From Microbotryum violaceum (lineage: Eukaryota): a stretch of DNA of 64,000 bases. The position numbers were made by a program, and so were the translations under genes. Under the pieces are notes generated by a model that was given only the letters and a program-made list of their open reading frames with translations, ran no database searches and was not told the DNA's origin. The stretch's first letter is position 1. Each line of letters begins with the position of its first letter. Positions 41,580 through 53,850 of the stretch are shown here, piece after piece. The stretch covers positions 1,240,001-1,304,000 of the forward strand of contig CDLV01000007.1 in assembly GCA_001244265.2 (NCBI GenBank). Reading direction: 5' to 3'.

Positions 41580-43104
41580 ATGTCAAGTAAGCTCCTCGTT
41601 ACTCGACGGGTCAGTCACTTCCGTGGTTCGCGACTGACTTTCAGATAGCACAGACGAAGACACGTTGTCGGCTTGCCTTGACTTGGCCCGACGACTGCCG
41701 CCGCATCGGATCGAGCATAATCTTGGCCTCCTGTGCGACATTCTGCCGGACTTGGCCGACGACATACTCAGCTCCGTCGATCAGCCGCTCAAGGTACATG
41801 TCGACAAAGAATCGAAGCAATACCTTGTCAGTTACTCACACGTCACTCGATGGTCCGACCGTGCGGCTGATGGGTCTTGTCCGACATGTCGCAGGTCTGT
41901 GATTACAATCGTGATGGAGAGTCGTACAGGCGAGTCGCAATAAGCAGTCCGCAATAAGCAGTCCGCAATAAGCAGTCGCCATATTCGCTGGTGGTCGTTC
42001 TGATCACCTTGCCTCTCGCTCTACAATGTAGGTCGCCCTGGACAAACGCCTACGACCCACCACTAGCGGATGGAACGACGCCTTCGCCCAAGCTGCGCCA
42101 ACTTGAAATTACTATGAACGATAGCTTTGATGTGTATCGAGACTTGTAAGCTTCGGCCAATACGGGACGACCGCCAAACCACTACCTTTTATTTTTCACG
42201 ATGCTGAGCGGAGCGCCCGCTGTCTCGCCATTCCTTGTCAATCAGGTATTATGAGGGGGGCGTGTCGTCAGTTTACCTATGGGATGTCGACGGTGGATTT
42301 GCCGGAGTCGTCCTGTTGCAGAAATGTCGGTTACACTCAAGCAAGAGCATGATCGTCGATCCCGCGCCTGCTAACATGGCGCCCCTGATTTGCTTTGTAT
42401 TGGCGAACTCTAGCCAATGGAATGTCGTCTTCGTCTGCGTCCGCTTCCTCTTGGGACTCGGGTACGTCTACGTTTTGTTGGGGACGTGGATCCAGGGCTG
42501 CTGGGCTGCTGTTGACTCGCGCAAGTGACCTCACCGACAGTGCACGTTTTCGAGGCCTCAGAGCGAGGTAGAACGGCGCATTACAAACTTACATCCACAG
42601 TGATGCTTTACATTTCGAGGACAGCAAAAGAAGCGCCTGAGCAGAGCGAATTCACTCTATGCGGTAGCATGACGCGCCAGGTAAGAGCTATCGACTTGTT
42701 ACAGCTTGTTGGACGACTCACTACCAGTGCTGATACTACGTTTGATGGTGCGAGCAACTGCGCAGAACGAGTTGGAAGCGCCCCTCGACCCCGCATCGAA
42801 CCAGCTAGGCTCCCACATAGTCAATCTGGGTCGCATGATCGAAGACATGGAGATCAAGATGCGCAACCTTTTGCAAGAGGTTTACTTCAGCAGTACGTGG
42901 GAAGGTATGCTGACCAGAGCAATCCCGCAAGCAGCGCTGACAGTTGCACTCTGACTGCTTGTAGAGACAAAAGACATCGTCTCATCATTACGCTCGACTG
43001 TTGGGTATGGCGAGCAAAACAAACGAATGGCACTGCAGGGCGAGCTAGTAGGACTACTCCGAGGCAAGAATGCGGCACAGGCGGGATCCGGTTTGTCGGT
43101 CTGA
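41580..43104 (+). CDS. CAP2: F-actin capping protein beta subunit
   Basis: [79 protein letters not shown]. Confidence 0.96.
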
Positions 43105-43449
43105 ACCACAAAGAGAGTTGATGATACTTGTTCAGTTTTATGGTGCACGTTTCTTTTTTTCGTGTTTCTTTTCTCTCGGAATTGAAGGCGTGAAGCAGAA
43201 TCTCTCATTGCGACCCAATCGACTTCCAAGTCCCGTCAACTCCAGGGCCAGTAGGACGAAGCTTCAGCCTCGACCTCCTCGGCGAAGCCGATTGGCAGCC
43301 TGCTAATTCCTGCACACCTCCTAAAAAACCCCGTCGTTCTGCGCGTTCCGCCCAGCGTTTTCTTCAACGCCTCTTCATAGCGACCGCTGGGAGTACGCGC
43401 ACAACCTTGACGAGAAGCCGCGTAGAGATCAACAGGGGCCCCCTGCTCG

Positions 43450-43791
43450 TCACTCTCGTCCGCCGAAGAAACTGATACGATACGCGCCGAAGTGGAAACG
43501 GTCCCATACGATTCTACCGCCCTTGTCGGCATCCACAAAGTACCTCGCCAACACTGACACGACCGTCTTGTGCACGGTCTTAATTTCGTCATATACCAAG
43601 CTGTGCGGGCGAAAACTTTCAGGGTCTTGGCGGGTGCAGATGAATGAGTTGACGATCGTGTCGGCGGCGACCCTGAGGAACGGTTTTTTTGACTCGAAAC
43701 CGTTACATGTAGCGTTGTTGAAGCCGAGAAGCAGGGGTGTGCCGTGGTTGTGCAGCAGCGTGCTCGCACAAATGTTTCGGTGGAAGATCCC
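43450..43791 (-). pseudogene. Possible degenerate fungal-kinase-like fragment truncated by the LTR-like repeat
   Basis: GIFHRNICASTLL...LLLGFNNA resembles a decayed HRDIS..N...LIDF catalytic segment; no intact gene. Confidence 0.35.
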
Positions 43792-44280
43792 TGTCATAGT
43801 CAAGGTCTTCGAGCAACCACCTCTCACCCAAACTCCTCATCCGAGGCATCACGGTACCCTCTTCGGATGCGACCTCTCATCCGAAGACATCACGGTTCCC
43901 CCTCCGGTTCCCACCTCTCATCCGAGCTCCTCATCCGCGACAATTACGGTTCCTTACCCGGATGCAAACCACTTGTCCGAGACATTACAGCTCCCCCTCC
44001 GGATGCGAACAATGTGCGAACAAACCTTCCAACGTACATTCCGGCTCGGAAGATAGGAGATCCGGTGGCCGGAGTATTTAGTCTCTATTCCTAGCCTTTC
44101 TCTCTCTCTTTAGTCGTAATATTCGATCCATAGTGTCCTCACACCTTGACCCGAATTATCCTTCAGCATTCCATTTTTGCACTTCGCTTCCCAAACCTCA
44201 TCTTCCACGCACGCCGCGCACTCAAAGTGCTATCGACGTTGAATCCTTTGCGGTACAACGGTGGGTAGATCTTCCATCCT
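43792..44280 (+). mobile_element. LTR-like repeat copy 2 (solo or truncated)
   Basis: Starts TGTCATAGTCAAGG and is collinear with 3056-3542, with extra internal subrepeat sequence. Confidence 0.75.
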
Positions 44281-44570
44281 TCTACCAATCGCCCTATTTG
44301 GAACACCACCACTCACGTAGGCTTCCGTGCCCTGCGCATCGTGCTCCCTCAACCACTGCATTGCCTTGCGATCGAAGAGAGTATTCACCGCTTCCTACAG
44401 TGAATCGAGTCCTGGAAAATCAGAGTAGGTCGCATTATGTTGTTGTTTCGTACTCTGTCGTTGTTCGTGTTGTCCGTATCTCTCTCTCTCTATTACGCTT
44501 GTAAAATATTCAGTTCCAGAAATTTTGTCTCAACTTGGCCTACATTGAAGGGTTTTCTCGGAAAATGAAT

Positions 44571-47046
44571 CTACCATGTCCGAGTGCTTTGGTAGACCCA
44601 TTCAGAGACGACAACCTCCTTCGACTCATCCCCTTGGGCGAACAAGCCCACAACGACCCCTGTGAACCCTCCAGAGACCGCGCTCGCCTTGCCCTGCCCA
44701 ACCTTTGTCCATTCCGAGTTCTCACCGATCCGGGCCGAGAAGCTGTACTCCGATGTTGTCCACTCAACTCTGAGATCAATCGTGCCCGGTGTGTCCGTGG
44801 CCTCGAGGCCGTTGCCGTGCTCAACCCCATCTGCGGACCTGACGATCACTCGTTTTTGATCGCCCGAAATGGTCAGTGCATGATGGTGTGTGGCGTCCAA
44901 GAAGACGGTCAAGCCCGCTTCGAGACCTTCGATTCCCCTGGGAAACGACATCTTCGTCGTCATTGATCCTTCGAGGTCGGTCTGACGACGAGCGATCAAC
45001 GTCGTCGTTCCTGCCTTGCCCTGGTCGAGAAGCGTCGAGCTTGAGTTTGGTCGAAGATTGAGCGATGGCGTCGATCGATCCAAAGTATACGCCTTCGGGT
45101 CCGGTAATCTAAGGAACAAGACGTGCATAGGCCATTGTCCATCCTCTTCTTGCTTCGCACACAACTTGAGCAAATTTTCGGTCCCTCCTTCCTTCAAAGG
45201 CTCGATCCCCTTCTCTTCCTGCCCCCCATCACCAACCGGCAACTTCGCCCACATCTTCGACCTGACCTTACCAAATACAGGCCACTTGAGACTCCCGTCC
45301 TCATCCCTCTCCTCCCACTCAACGGGCACCAATACCGTCTCCCGCCCCATTGGGAAATCCTCAATCCCATCCCTCGTCGCAAGCGCCACGGCGAACCACT
45401 GCCCATTCGCTGAGGATTGGAAGAGGTCTGCATGCCCGACGGTCATGAAGTAGGAGTCGAAGGAAGGGTCCGAGTTGGAGGCTCCGACGGGTGGCAGGGT
45501 TATGGATTGGAGTACGGGGTTGGAGGGACAACTTTCCCAGTCGGATAGGGGTGCGGTTAAGGAGCGTGAACGCGCCATGGTGCACCGATGGCCGAGCTCG
45601 GTACCACCTGAAAAGTACGTCCCGCTCCGTTAGCTTCGGGTTCAGATTGCGAGAATCGCTTAAGCCTACCCTCGGCGATGATGATCCACCACCACCCCTC
45701 TCTCCAATAGCAGTGCGGCGCTTCAGGCGCTTTGCCACCTTCACCCGACCAGATCTTTTTCGGTCCTTGACTAGCCGACAGGGCTTTTCCCGTATCCGTG
45801 TTGATGGTGATTTGTGAAATTTCCGGTCGGACCTACAGAAGTGGGAGATACTCAGCATCCATCGTCATGGGCCTCAGACACAAAGCTCTCGGTCCCACTC
45901 ACCCGCCAATAGAAAGACCCCTGTACGTGCGCCACACCTTCCCGATCCCACGCCAAAGAGGTGTCATACCCCGGATAATCGAATCGAACAGGATCCGACC
46001 ATCCCTTTCGTGGGTTATTTGTCTTGAACAAGAGCTGGACGAAAGTGTCGAGGGGTGGAAAATTAAGGTCAGAGTCGGCTCTCACATCAGCAAAATGGCC
46101 AAACGCGCGTAAGCGCGCGAACCTCGTAAAGCAGTCGTTAAGCGGCCTAAAGCTGCTCTTAAGCGCCCTTAACCACTCGTTAAGCCGCGCGCGCGTTAAG
46201 TGTCGCTTAAGTGTACCCTAGATAAGGGACTCTTACGGCGCACTTACGGCGCGCTTAAGACTCCTCGCGCGCTTTGTTTGCATACGCGAAGCGGTCCGTA
46301 AGCGCTCTTATGTGCGCATGCGTCCTGATGCGCATCTTATGCACCGTTAAGCGCGCGTAATCTCGGGCAAATCCTTAAGCGGGTTCGCGCGCGTGGCCAT
46401 TTTGCTGATGCATGCCGAGGAATGTCCCCCCCCCCCCCAAATCATCGAATAGATTTTAGAAAAGGACCTACATTATCCCATCTCTTCGGATCTTCATACT
46501 TCATTTGAGGGAACACGAGCGTGACGGTGACGAAGAACTCGCCCTCGTGATGACGGATCGTCGGGGCCCAAAGTCCTCCTCCGATGGGGTAACGAATTTC
46601 GCATTCGGTCAACTGAGTGATTTGGGATGGTCGAGAGAAGACATTCCCTGTTACATGGAATTGTTTAATATATTCGTCAGAAGGATGTAACGATTTAGGT
46701 GGTCGAGAGCAAGAGACTCACCGATCTGGGTCCAGTTTATCAAATCTCGGGAAGCGTAGACGGGGATACCGGGGAAGTAGAGGAACGTTGAGGTGACGAG
46801 GTAGAAGACATCATCCACGCAGATGCAGGCTGTGAAGTGGAGATAAAGCAGTTCAGGACCGAGACCATTGGCTCTTCGAAGTCGGGTCGTGAAATGAACT
46901 CACATGGGTCGGGATTGAAACCCGGGACTGGAGGCGGAGGTTGCGAGAGCGGTGCGACGGAATCACAGACGATGTCAGTGTGTAGCTCATCACAGGGATG
47001 TGAAAGTTCGTCAGAGCTCACTGATGGGGTTTCGATAGGCTTGCAT
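44571..47046 (-). CDS. Glycoside hydrolase family 43 (beta-xylosidase/arabinofuranosidase) with C-terminal beta-sandwich
   Basis: MQAYRNPII/PGFNPDP/ACICVDDVFYLVTSTFLYFPGIPVYASRDLINW, GGLWAPTIRHH, EGGT, TVGHADLF, PMGRETVL, GGFTGVVVGLFA. Confidence 0.92.
46085..46410. mobile_element. MITE (326 bp) inserted in a GH43 intron
   Basis: 17-bp perfect TIR CATCAGCAAAATGGCCA / TGGCCATTTTGCTGATG, flanked by CA on both sides; non-coding interior. Confidence 0.85.
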
Positions 47047-47340
47047 CCTCTCCGAACGAGTTGAAACCCAATGTGGAGGAAGCAGAAGAGCCAATCACCA
47101 AGTTGAGGTCCTTACTGGTCTGAGCACAGGATCACGGCACGACCGGGCCGGCCATGCCGTCATGAGCCCGAGCTTGCTTGCTCCTCTCTCCGGAACTCTC
47201 GAAGCTAAGTCTTGGCGATGGAGAATGAGTTGCGCTGTAGGTTCGGTTTGAGCTTTGCAAGACATGAGATCAAAAGAGAGCAAGAAGAGATGCGATGCAA
47301 GGTATACATAGTGAATTGGAGGAGGTCCAAGCTCGCTTCA

Positions 47341-48517
47341 TCACATCTGAACGCTCATTCTCACATCGATATCACGACTCTTCCTCCGCTCGTGCAAGCC
47401 CAGACCGGTCGAAGCTTGCTCAGCCTTCTCGGAATCGGTCGTATCAACAACAACAAATACCTCATCGACTTGACCTCGTCCACTATCGAGGGGTTCTTTG
47501 TACTCGTCCGTTCGTGGTGAGGCTCGAAGGGGGATCGGGGTTTGCTGTGCTCGACGACGACGGATGGAATATTCGGCCCAGTTGACACCGCCGAAGGGGA
47601 CCGTCAAGGCAGGGATCGCGCGACGACGCTTGATGGTGAAGTAGAGGAACGAGATGAGGAGGAGGGTGAAGGAGAGGCCGAGAAAGAGGACGTTACTAAA
47701 GTTCGGGTTGTACGGAGGTCTCGTTAGTGGGGCACAGAAGTGAGGGTCCGAGCGCAAAAGTCGAGCTCACAGCCAGGCAAGAGCAAAAACAGCCGTCAAG
47801 AGTCGGCACATGAGGTATCCGCCGCAGGAGCTCAGCAGGCTGTAATGGATCAAAACTAGAATCAGATTAGATTTTCGGGTAGGGCTTGACGATAGATGGG
47901 CTGAACTTACCCCGGCGTGCTGAATTGAAGATTCAGCGGGAGCCGACAATCGAAGGGGCGACCCGGTCAGCGAAGCGGTTCTTCGAGTCCGAACGATCAT
48001 GACAGATCGACATCGCTCCACTCACTCTGACGAAAGATCCGCGACGCTGACCAACATCATACCTCCCAAAGCACCGGTGACGATTAACTCGCAAGCGATT
48101 GATTTAACGAACAACGCGAGCTTGGTCGTCCATGCGCGCGAGGTATTGAACGCTTTGGAGTAGAGGAAGAAAGGCTGAAAACACAAGGCGAAAAAACTAA
48201 TGACGAGAATCGCAGGGACGGGTTTTTGGTAGCCGTGCTGTTGTAGGGTCGCAATGGGGCGCGAATGGCACATGAACGGAGTCCGAAGGTCAGCAAATCG
48301 TACGTGTCCGTTGCCAGTTTGCCAGTCATCGTCATCCTCAGCGGAGTCCGGCCCGCGCGTCGCCCTGTGCGGGGATGTCCTGCACTGAACTAGAACTGAC
48401 CGTTCGGAGAGCTTGGAAACCAATCAGCCAAGCTGAAAAGCCCGAGTTGAGGAGCGCCGACACGATGATGAGCCACGAAAGCACGAGCCGAGCAGTGGGT
48501 AGGTACTCCGTCAACAT
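47341..48517 (-). CDS. Hypothetical four-TM (MARVEL-like) membrane protein
   Basis: Spliced hydrophobic segments (LVLSWLIIVSALL; AILVISFFALCFQPFFLY; ELIVTGALGGMMLVSV; LLTAVFALAWL/SFTLLLISFLYF) with a CGGYLMC loop. Confidence 0.65.
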
Positions 48518-49853
48518 CGCTTCAGGATGGTGGGACGGGGCTCAGATACGAGTAGGTAGTAGGTGGTCCAGAAACCTTCAATTCGAGCTAATGAGCTCCA
48601 AGTAGGTGCTTGAGTCGGAGATGTGGAGGAGGAGCCTCGCGTCAAGTGTCGTTTTCGACTTTTCGACTACGTCCGTTGGCTGAATGCAAGGAAGCAAAGC
48701 TGGCGCCGCGCTCCGTCATCACATGCATCACACGCGCGCGCACGCACGCGTCACGTGACTGGCTTTGGCCCAGTGGTCAGGCCGGTCATGCGCAATCCGA
48801 GAAACATTTTTCTCCGACGGCGCCAACGGCAGTCGCAGCTCGTGTCAAGTCAGGAAAACGGAAACACCTGCTTCGAGTCATCGACTCACCTTTCGACAGG
48901 AGGTGTGAAGATCCGTGTACGGCCTTGGGCACCGCAAGGAGGTAGACGTTACCTTCTCCGCATTTGGAGGACACACTCGTCTACTGTTACTTGCAAGGCT
49001 CGATCACCAGGCCTGACGCCAATCACCGCAGCACCAAATGTAAGTCGGATGATGGGTTAGACGATTACTGAGTCTGGCTCCTGTGCAGCGCTCAGCTCTG
49101 CAGCAGCCGTCCCAGAAGTCCGCGCCGCGGCACTCGGCCGGGATCCGTACCACTTGTTTTTGAAAGACCACTTCTCTCGCATGGATAGGTGCGGTCCTGC
49201 TCTTGCTGCATTGCATGTGGTAGCTATCGTTCTAGGTTCTTTCTCCATCGTGTGCGTGGCGTTGCATCTGCGAGCCGCGGACTAGTCGTTCTCAACCCTC
49301 GGATCCTCTCTTTCGAAGGGTTCAATTTGTTGGCCTGCAGTTCTCGTGACGATTCGGCGGCCGAGGACCCTCGACGCGAATTCTCGACTGACGCAGCGGG
49401 CGGCCGTCCACACTCTTGCTCGATCAATCCGCTTATAGGCCTATGGTGCCATAGGTCGCTTCTTGCAATCTGGGCAGTCTCGAATGGGACGTGAACGGCC
49501 GCCACGCGTTGAGGGTCGTCTACCGCCAAATTGCCGCCCTGCCGAGTCCGCGAGTGCGTGAGACTGGCGGCGAAGGTGCTGTCGTCGCGCTGAGAGGCCC
49601 TGCCACTCGGAAAAGACCACTTTGAGCGGGCGGGGCTAGAAGGAAAATTGGGCAAGTCGGCGCAGATTTTGAGGGTAGCGTCTAGATTATCGTACATAGC
49701 TTGTCGAAGTGTTGACCGTCGTCCGTCTTGAGCCAAAACTTGGGCGTCCTTTTGCCGCGTCCTTTCGAACCCCGTAGCGGATTGATCGGAGTTGGTGTGC
49801 GGATCTGGGTACGCACCTTGTGCACAGACAACGTGATAAGAGAAAGGAATTCC

Positions 49854-51426
49854 CTACAAAGGTTTTGCTACGATTTTGATCAATCGGACCTCGCCTTCGC
49901 CTTCCCAACCTTCTGTACCCACTATGCCACCGTCGTCGGGTGGGATCAGCAAGTCGACGGGCTCGATCAGCAACGACCGAGCGGCTTTGTGGTGGGAAAT
50001 CAGAAGACATTTTATTGATGAGTTGGAGTTTTTGTAGATCGGGCAAAAAGCGAGACGATACTTACTGCATTCGGTGAGGAAATGCTCCCAGGTAGACTCG
50101 TTGCGGATTGTTCCTGCGATGAGCGCAGTTCTTCTCGAAGCGGTAGCTTTCACCGGCAGGTCCTCCGCGGCAGGTCTAAGCAGCACAGAGAGTGTGGCAG
50201 CGAGGTATGACGCTAATGTCGGATCATAGACCTACGTGCGACGAGTTGAGGGCGCTGCTCAGCGATGAGGGTCGACGACGACGTCGATCAGCGCCTGATC
50301 TCACTCACAATGTCGGCGCCAAGGATAAGGAGGGACTCGTACTCTTCGGGTGCCCAAATGCCAGTAGGTACACGCTCAGAAGAATTTACATTTTCCCAAT
50401 CCAGTGACGAGACTCGTATGCGATCGTCCAGGCCGTCTGTGATTGCCATTGCGAGCATTGATCAAAATTTTCGCACGATGTGCGGCACACCATAATTTCT
50501 CAGGGCGACTCACTATTGCGAACGTTCTGGTCAAGTTGGACCAGCACATCAGGGTTGACGTCCGTCGAGGTGACTCGTATCGTCGGGTGCAGAGATGCAG
50601 CGACGAGAGAGACGAGCCCCATGCCGGCGCCGAGCTCGACGACCGTCGGTGGAACGGCGGCGCCTGAAACGAGGGTAGGAGAGGCGATTAGATGATTTGA
50701 TAGCGCTATTGAAGCCTTCCTACACGATTTTGTTCCGTAGCGTCAGCCTCGGTCTTTTTGTTTTTGCCGGTTTCCGCTCTCTCTCAAGCTTACCAAGTTC
50801 TTAGTCCAGTCGTTCCTGAAAGTGCCGAGAACCGTGAATGAGGGAGATCAGCACTGGACCACAGCTGTATGAAGGATAGGTGAACTGACCAGCACTGATC
50901 ATCCTGCCGTCTTCGTGGGTTGCGACCGATTTCCATCTGTCCCTATGCAGCAGAGGCCCCCAACACCACCTTCTCGAGCTCGAGCTCGGAGTTGAGGTCG
51001 ACGAGGCCGAGAGATGCTTGACCATCTCCTCGAGGATGCTCGGGTGCACCTCCTGTGTAGTTGATTTCTGTCAATTTCACCCGAAACGAGGGCGACTGAC
51101 GCGCTGCTGACCTCGTCATCGACCTGTTCGCCCTCGCCGTCTCGTCTCCTGTCTGCGAAGCCCGCCTCGATGCTTTCGACGATCCTCTTCCAGAACACCT
51201 TTTCCCATACACCCGCTTCCTGGTTTGGGTTGTGCTCGTTTTGTTCGTCGATCAAGAGCTGCACGAGCTGTTGCTGCGTAGTCTCGGCCGACAGTTGTCG
51301 GTCGGTCGGAAACTGCGAAGCTGGGATCAGCGTCGAGGTCGTCGGTGATTTGGCTTGGTAGTGTCGGGTGAGTTTGAGCAGCTGAGATTGGATCCGCAGC
51401 CGATCGACTTGGGTTGAATCGTGCAT
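49854..51426 (-). CDS. EFM3: Protein-lysine N-methyltransferase EFM3/EEF2KMT (FAM86)-like
   Basis: ISAG/TTGLRTW, VVELGAGMGLVS, TSTDV, SLDWE, LILGADI/IYDP, TIRNEST. Confidence 0.85.
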
Positions 51427-51480
51427 TCGGCTTGTGGATGGGATGGTGCCTCGAACAGGAGGTGTGCATGGCGAAGAAGC

Positions 51481-51538
51481 GAGCCGAGTGCGCCGAGCCG
51501 AGTGCGCGGAGCCGAGTGCGCGGAGCCGAGTGCGCGGA
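51481..51538. repeat. 14-bp tandem repeat (GAGCCGAGTGCGCG)x4
   Basis: Seen directly, between the EFM3 ATG and the TIR element. Confidence 0.9.
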
Positions 51539-51567
51539 GTCGTCCTCGGCCACTCGACCGCTCCGAG

Positions 51568-53640
51568 AGGACCCCCGAAAGCCCAGCCAGAGGCGCATGC
51601 GGAAAAACGCCCTTTTTTGGCCTTTTTGTCAAAGTTTTTTTACCCTATTTTGGCCCCAAAATGTCAAAATGTCGCATGCGCCTCGGAAATATTATCAAAA
51701 TGTGTTCTACATGCTCCAAAAATCGCTCAAAAGTCCTCGAAAACGCGTTCCGAGCGTTTGCGGGCGCGCGGCGGCCTATCGAAAGTGGCTCGCGGCGCGC
51801 ATCGCTTCGGCTGGTGTTGCGCGTGGCTCCAGGCTTCAAACAAGCCTTCCTTGCTTGGCTGGCTGGCTCGCTGCTTCGTTGTCAGACTTCCTTTTTGCTG
51901 AAGTTGAGATCCTTGTTTCCGCGGTGGCATTTGTGCGGCTTGTAGAGGTTCTGCCGGCGGCATCTCGCAGGCCGGGCACGCTCCGAAGGCGGCAAACCTT
52001 TGCTCAGCATGTGCGCTCGTGCTGATTAGGCGCTCGTCCGGGTAACATGAGGTAAGGTCCGTGGTTGAACGATATGTAGTCGTTGACGGACCTAATGACT
52101 CGATGACCTGTCGACCATCAATCATGCGGAACGGCATAGTGCCATCAATGAGGTGTGTGGAATAGCATGGTTTCTTGATGAGGCGAAGCTCCTGTACGAC
52201 GACATTTGAGAGTAGAACCAACGAGGCGAGTGTGTCTTGGTTGCAGTGGTTTGTTGTCACTCTGCTGTAGATGTGTCGCACTGTAGGACACAAGACTTGT
52301 GTCAAACGAGAACTTCACAGCTCAACTGCCATTCAAGGCATCGTACCAATTCCAATGAACAGCACTTCTTCTCCATAGGCAGTTTGATCGCAGCTGATTG
52401 AATGCATGCCACGCTTGAGGCCAAAGCAGACCAGAGATCCGATCTCCAATGTTGTGGTAGTGGTTACAGCTCCGCCGTCAAGCGATCCAAAATGAGGATA
52501 GCGTTGTGCTAGTGCTCCGTCTGCTTGTTTCTCCAAACATTAGATCCAGTTGCCTTCGCTCCTAAATTCAGCGACAACTCACTTGAATGCGGCCATCCTC
52601 AGTATAGACATTCTTCTGGATCCTCGTGTGTTGTGAGCGCTCGGTCCATCTGGTCACCTCTAGTCCAGCGAAAGCTCCTTGTCGTGCCCGCCATGTCTTC
52701 GCAGCGAGATGGTCCCATGGACTGTACCAACCCTTTCAAGAAGCATGAATGTGCTGCACTGCGTCCTTCCTCTGTATTGCTAACCCCTACGCCTGCCTCT
52801 CCGCGAGTTGGGTCGCTCGATTCCATCGGCCTCCCTTGAGTAGAACAGCTTGAGGTGGCTACACTTATGAGCAGCTTGATGGGCATTCAGGTTGGCCAGT
52901 TCAGCGAGAAATTGGTATCGCGAGCATCGACAACTTGAGGCGGAAGTTTCAAGTTTTGTGGGCTGTGTAGAACTGAACACGCGTGAGCTTAGACCAAAAT
53001 TTCGATAGTTGAGCTTGGTAGACGCACGATTGGTCGTGAGAAGCTGTTTGCCTTCTCAACGGCATCGAGTAGATGATAAGGTCGAGTACTGGGTGTGCTC
53101 GTCTTTGGACAACTCGATGTGAAGAGACGCGTCGGCGGGAGCGACATCGAAGGCGAGGAGCTCGGCGATCGTCATGTTCATGTTGGTGAGCGGCGATAAT
53201 CAATCGAAGGCATCGTTCAAATAGTAGGCCTGCATGGGATGATGTTGTTCTGCTATGCTCCAATCTCGGACCGAAGTGAAGCGGAACGGAACCTGCGCCC
53301 CTTCAATATCGAATCGGCCTAATCCCTCACAGCCACTTAACTCAAGTGATTACCGAAGATGGCTAGTACTAAGTGACTTGTTCAGGCGCGAGCATCGCTA
53401 AACGCGTCTCGAAGCGAAGGCGAACGGGCCCAAAGTCATGCCGAAGGTTGCTCAGGGTAGGCCAAAATTGGGCCGACTCACGGGAAAATGTCAAAATCTG
53501 GACATGCGCCTCGGGGGCGAAACGTGTGTTTCGTCCCAAAATGTCAATTTTTTGCAATGCGCCTCGACGATTTCCAGGATTTTGGGTCCTTAAAATGTCA
53601 AAAAAAAAAATGCGCCTCCGGCTGGGCTTTCGGGGGTCCT
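51568..53640. mobile_element. Non-autonomous or degenerate cut-and-paste DNA transposon, 2073 bp
   Basis: 31-bp TIRs AGGACCCCCGAAAGCCCAGCC(A/G)GAGGCGCAT; exact 8-bp TSD GCTCCGAG (51560-51567 and 53641-53648); subterminal AAAATGTCAA...ATGCGCCTC repeats. Confidence 0.9.
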
Positions 53641-53850
53641 GCTCCGAGCCGCTTTCGGCCGCTTCACGAGCGTTCACGCGTTCAGGCGCGTTCCTAATCA
53701 GGCGCTCCGACGGCTCCGACGGCTAGCGACGGCCTGCGACGGCCGAACTGGCTCCGATTGATGGAGCGCCAGGCTCCTCTTCTGGTCTGCTCTCGTCCTC
53801 ACGGCGCACCTGACATGAGACCCCGCTAGACGCTCCCCACACGAGCTCAA

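Noticed and set aside
48750-48759. Perfect GTCACGTGAC palindrome upstream of the four-TM gene
   Set aside because: A single short motif cannot be distinguished from chance without conservation data.
51481-51538. CRISPR-like array (also 39337-39396, 41934-41980 and the LTR subrepeats)
   Set aside because: Tandem repeats without unique spacers, no cas genes, eukaryotic context.
51414-52025. Long ORFs at 51414, 51421 and 51434
   Set aside because: They run through tandem repeats and the transposon end with no protein-like signature.
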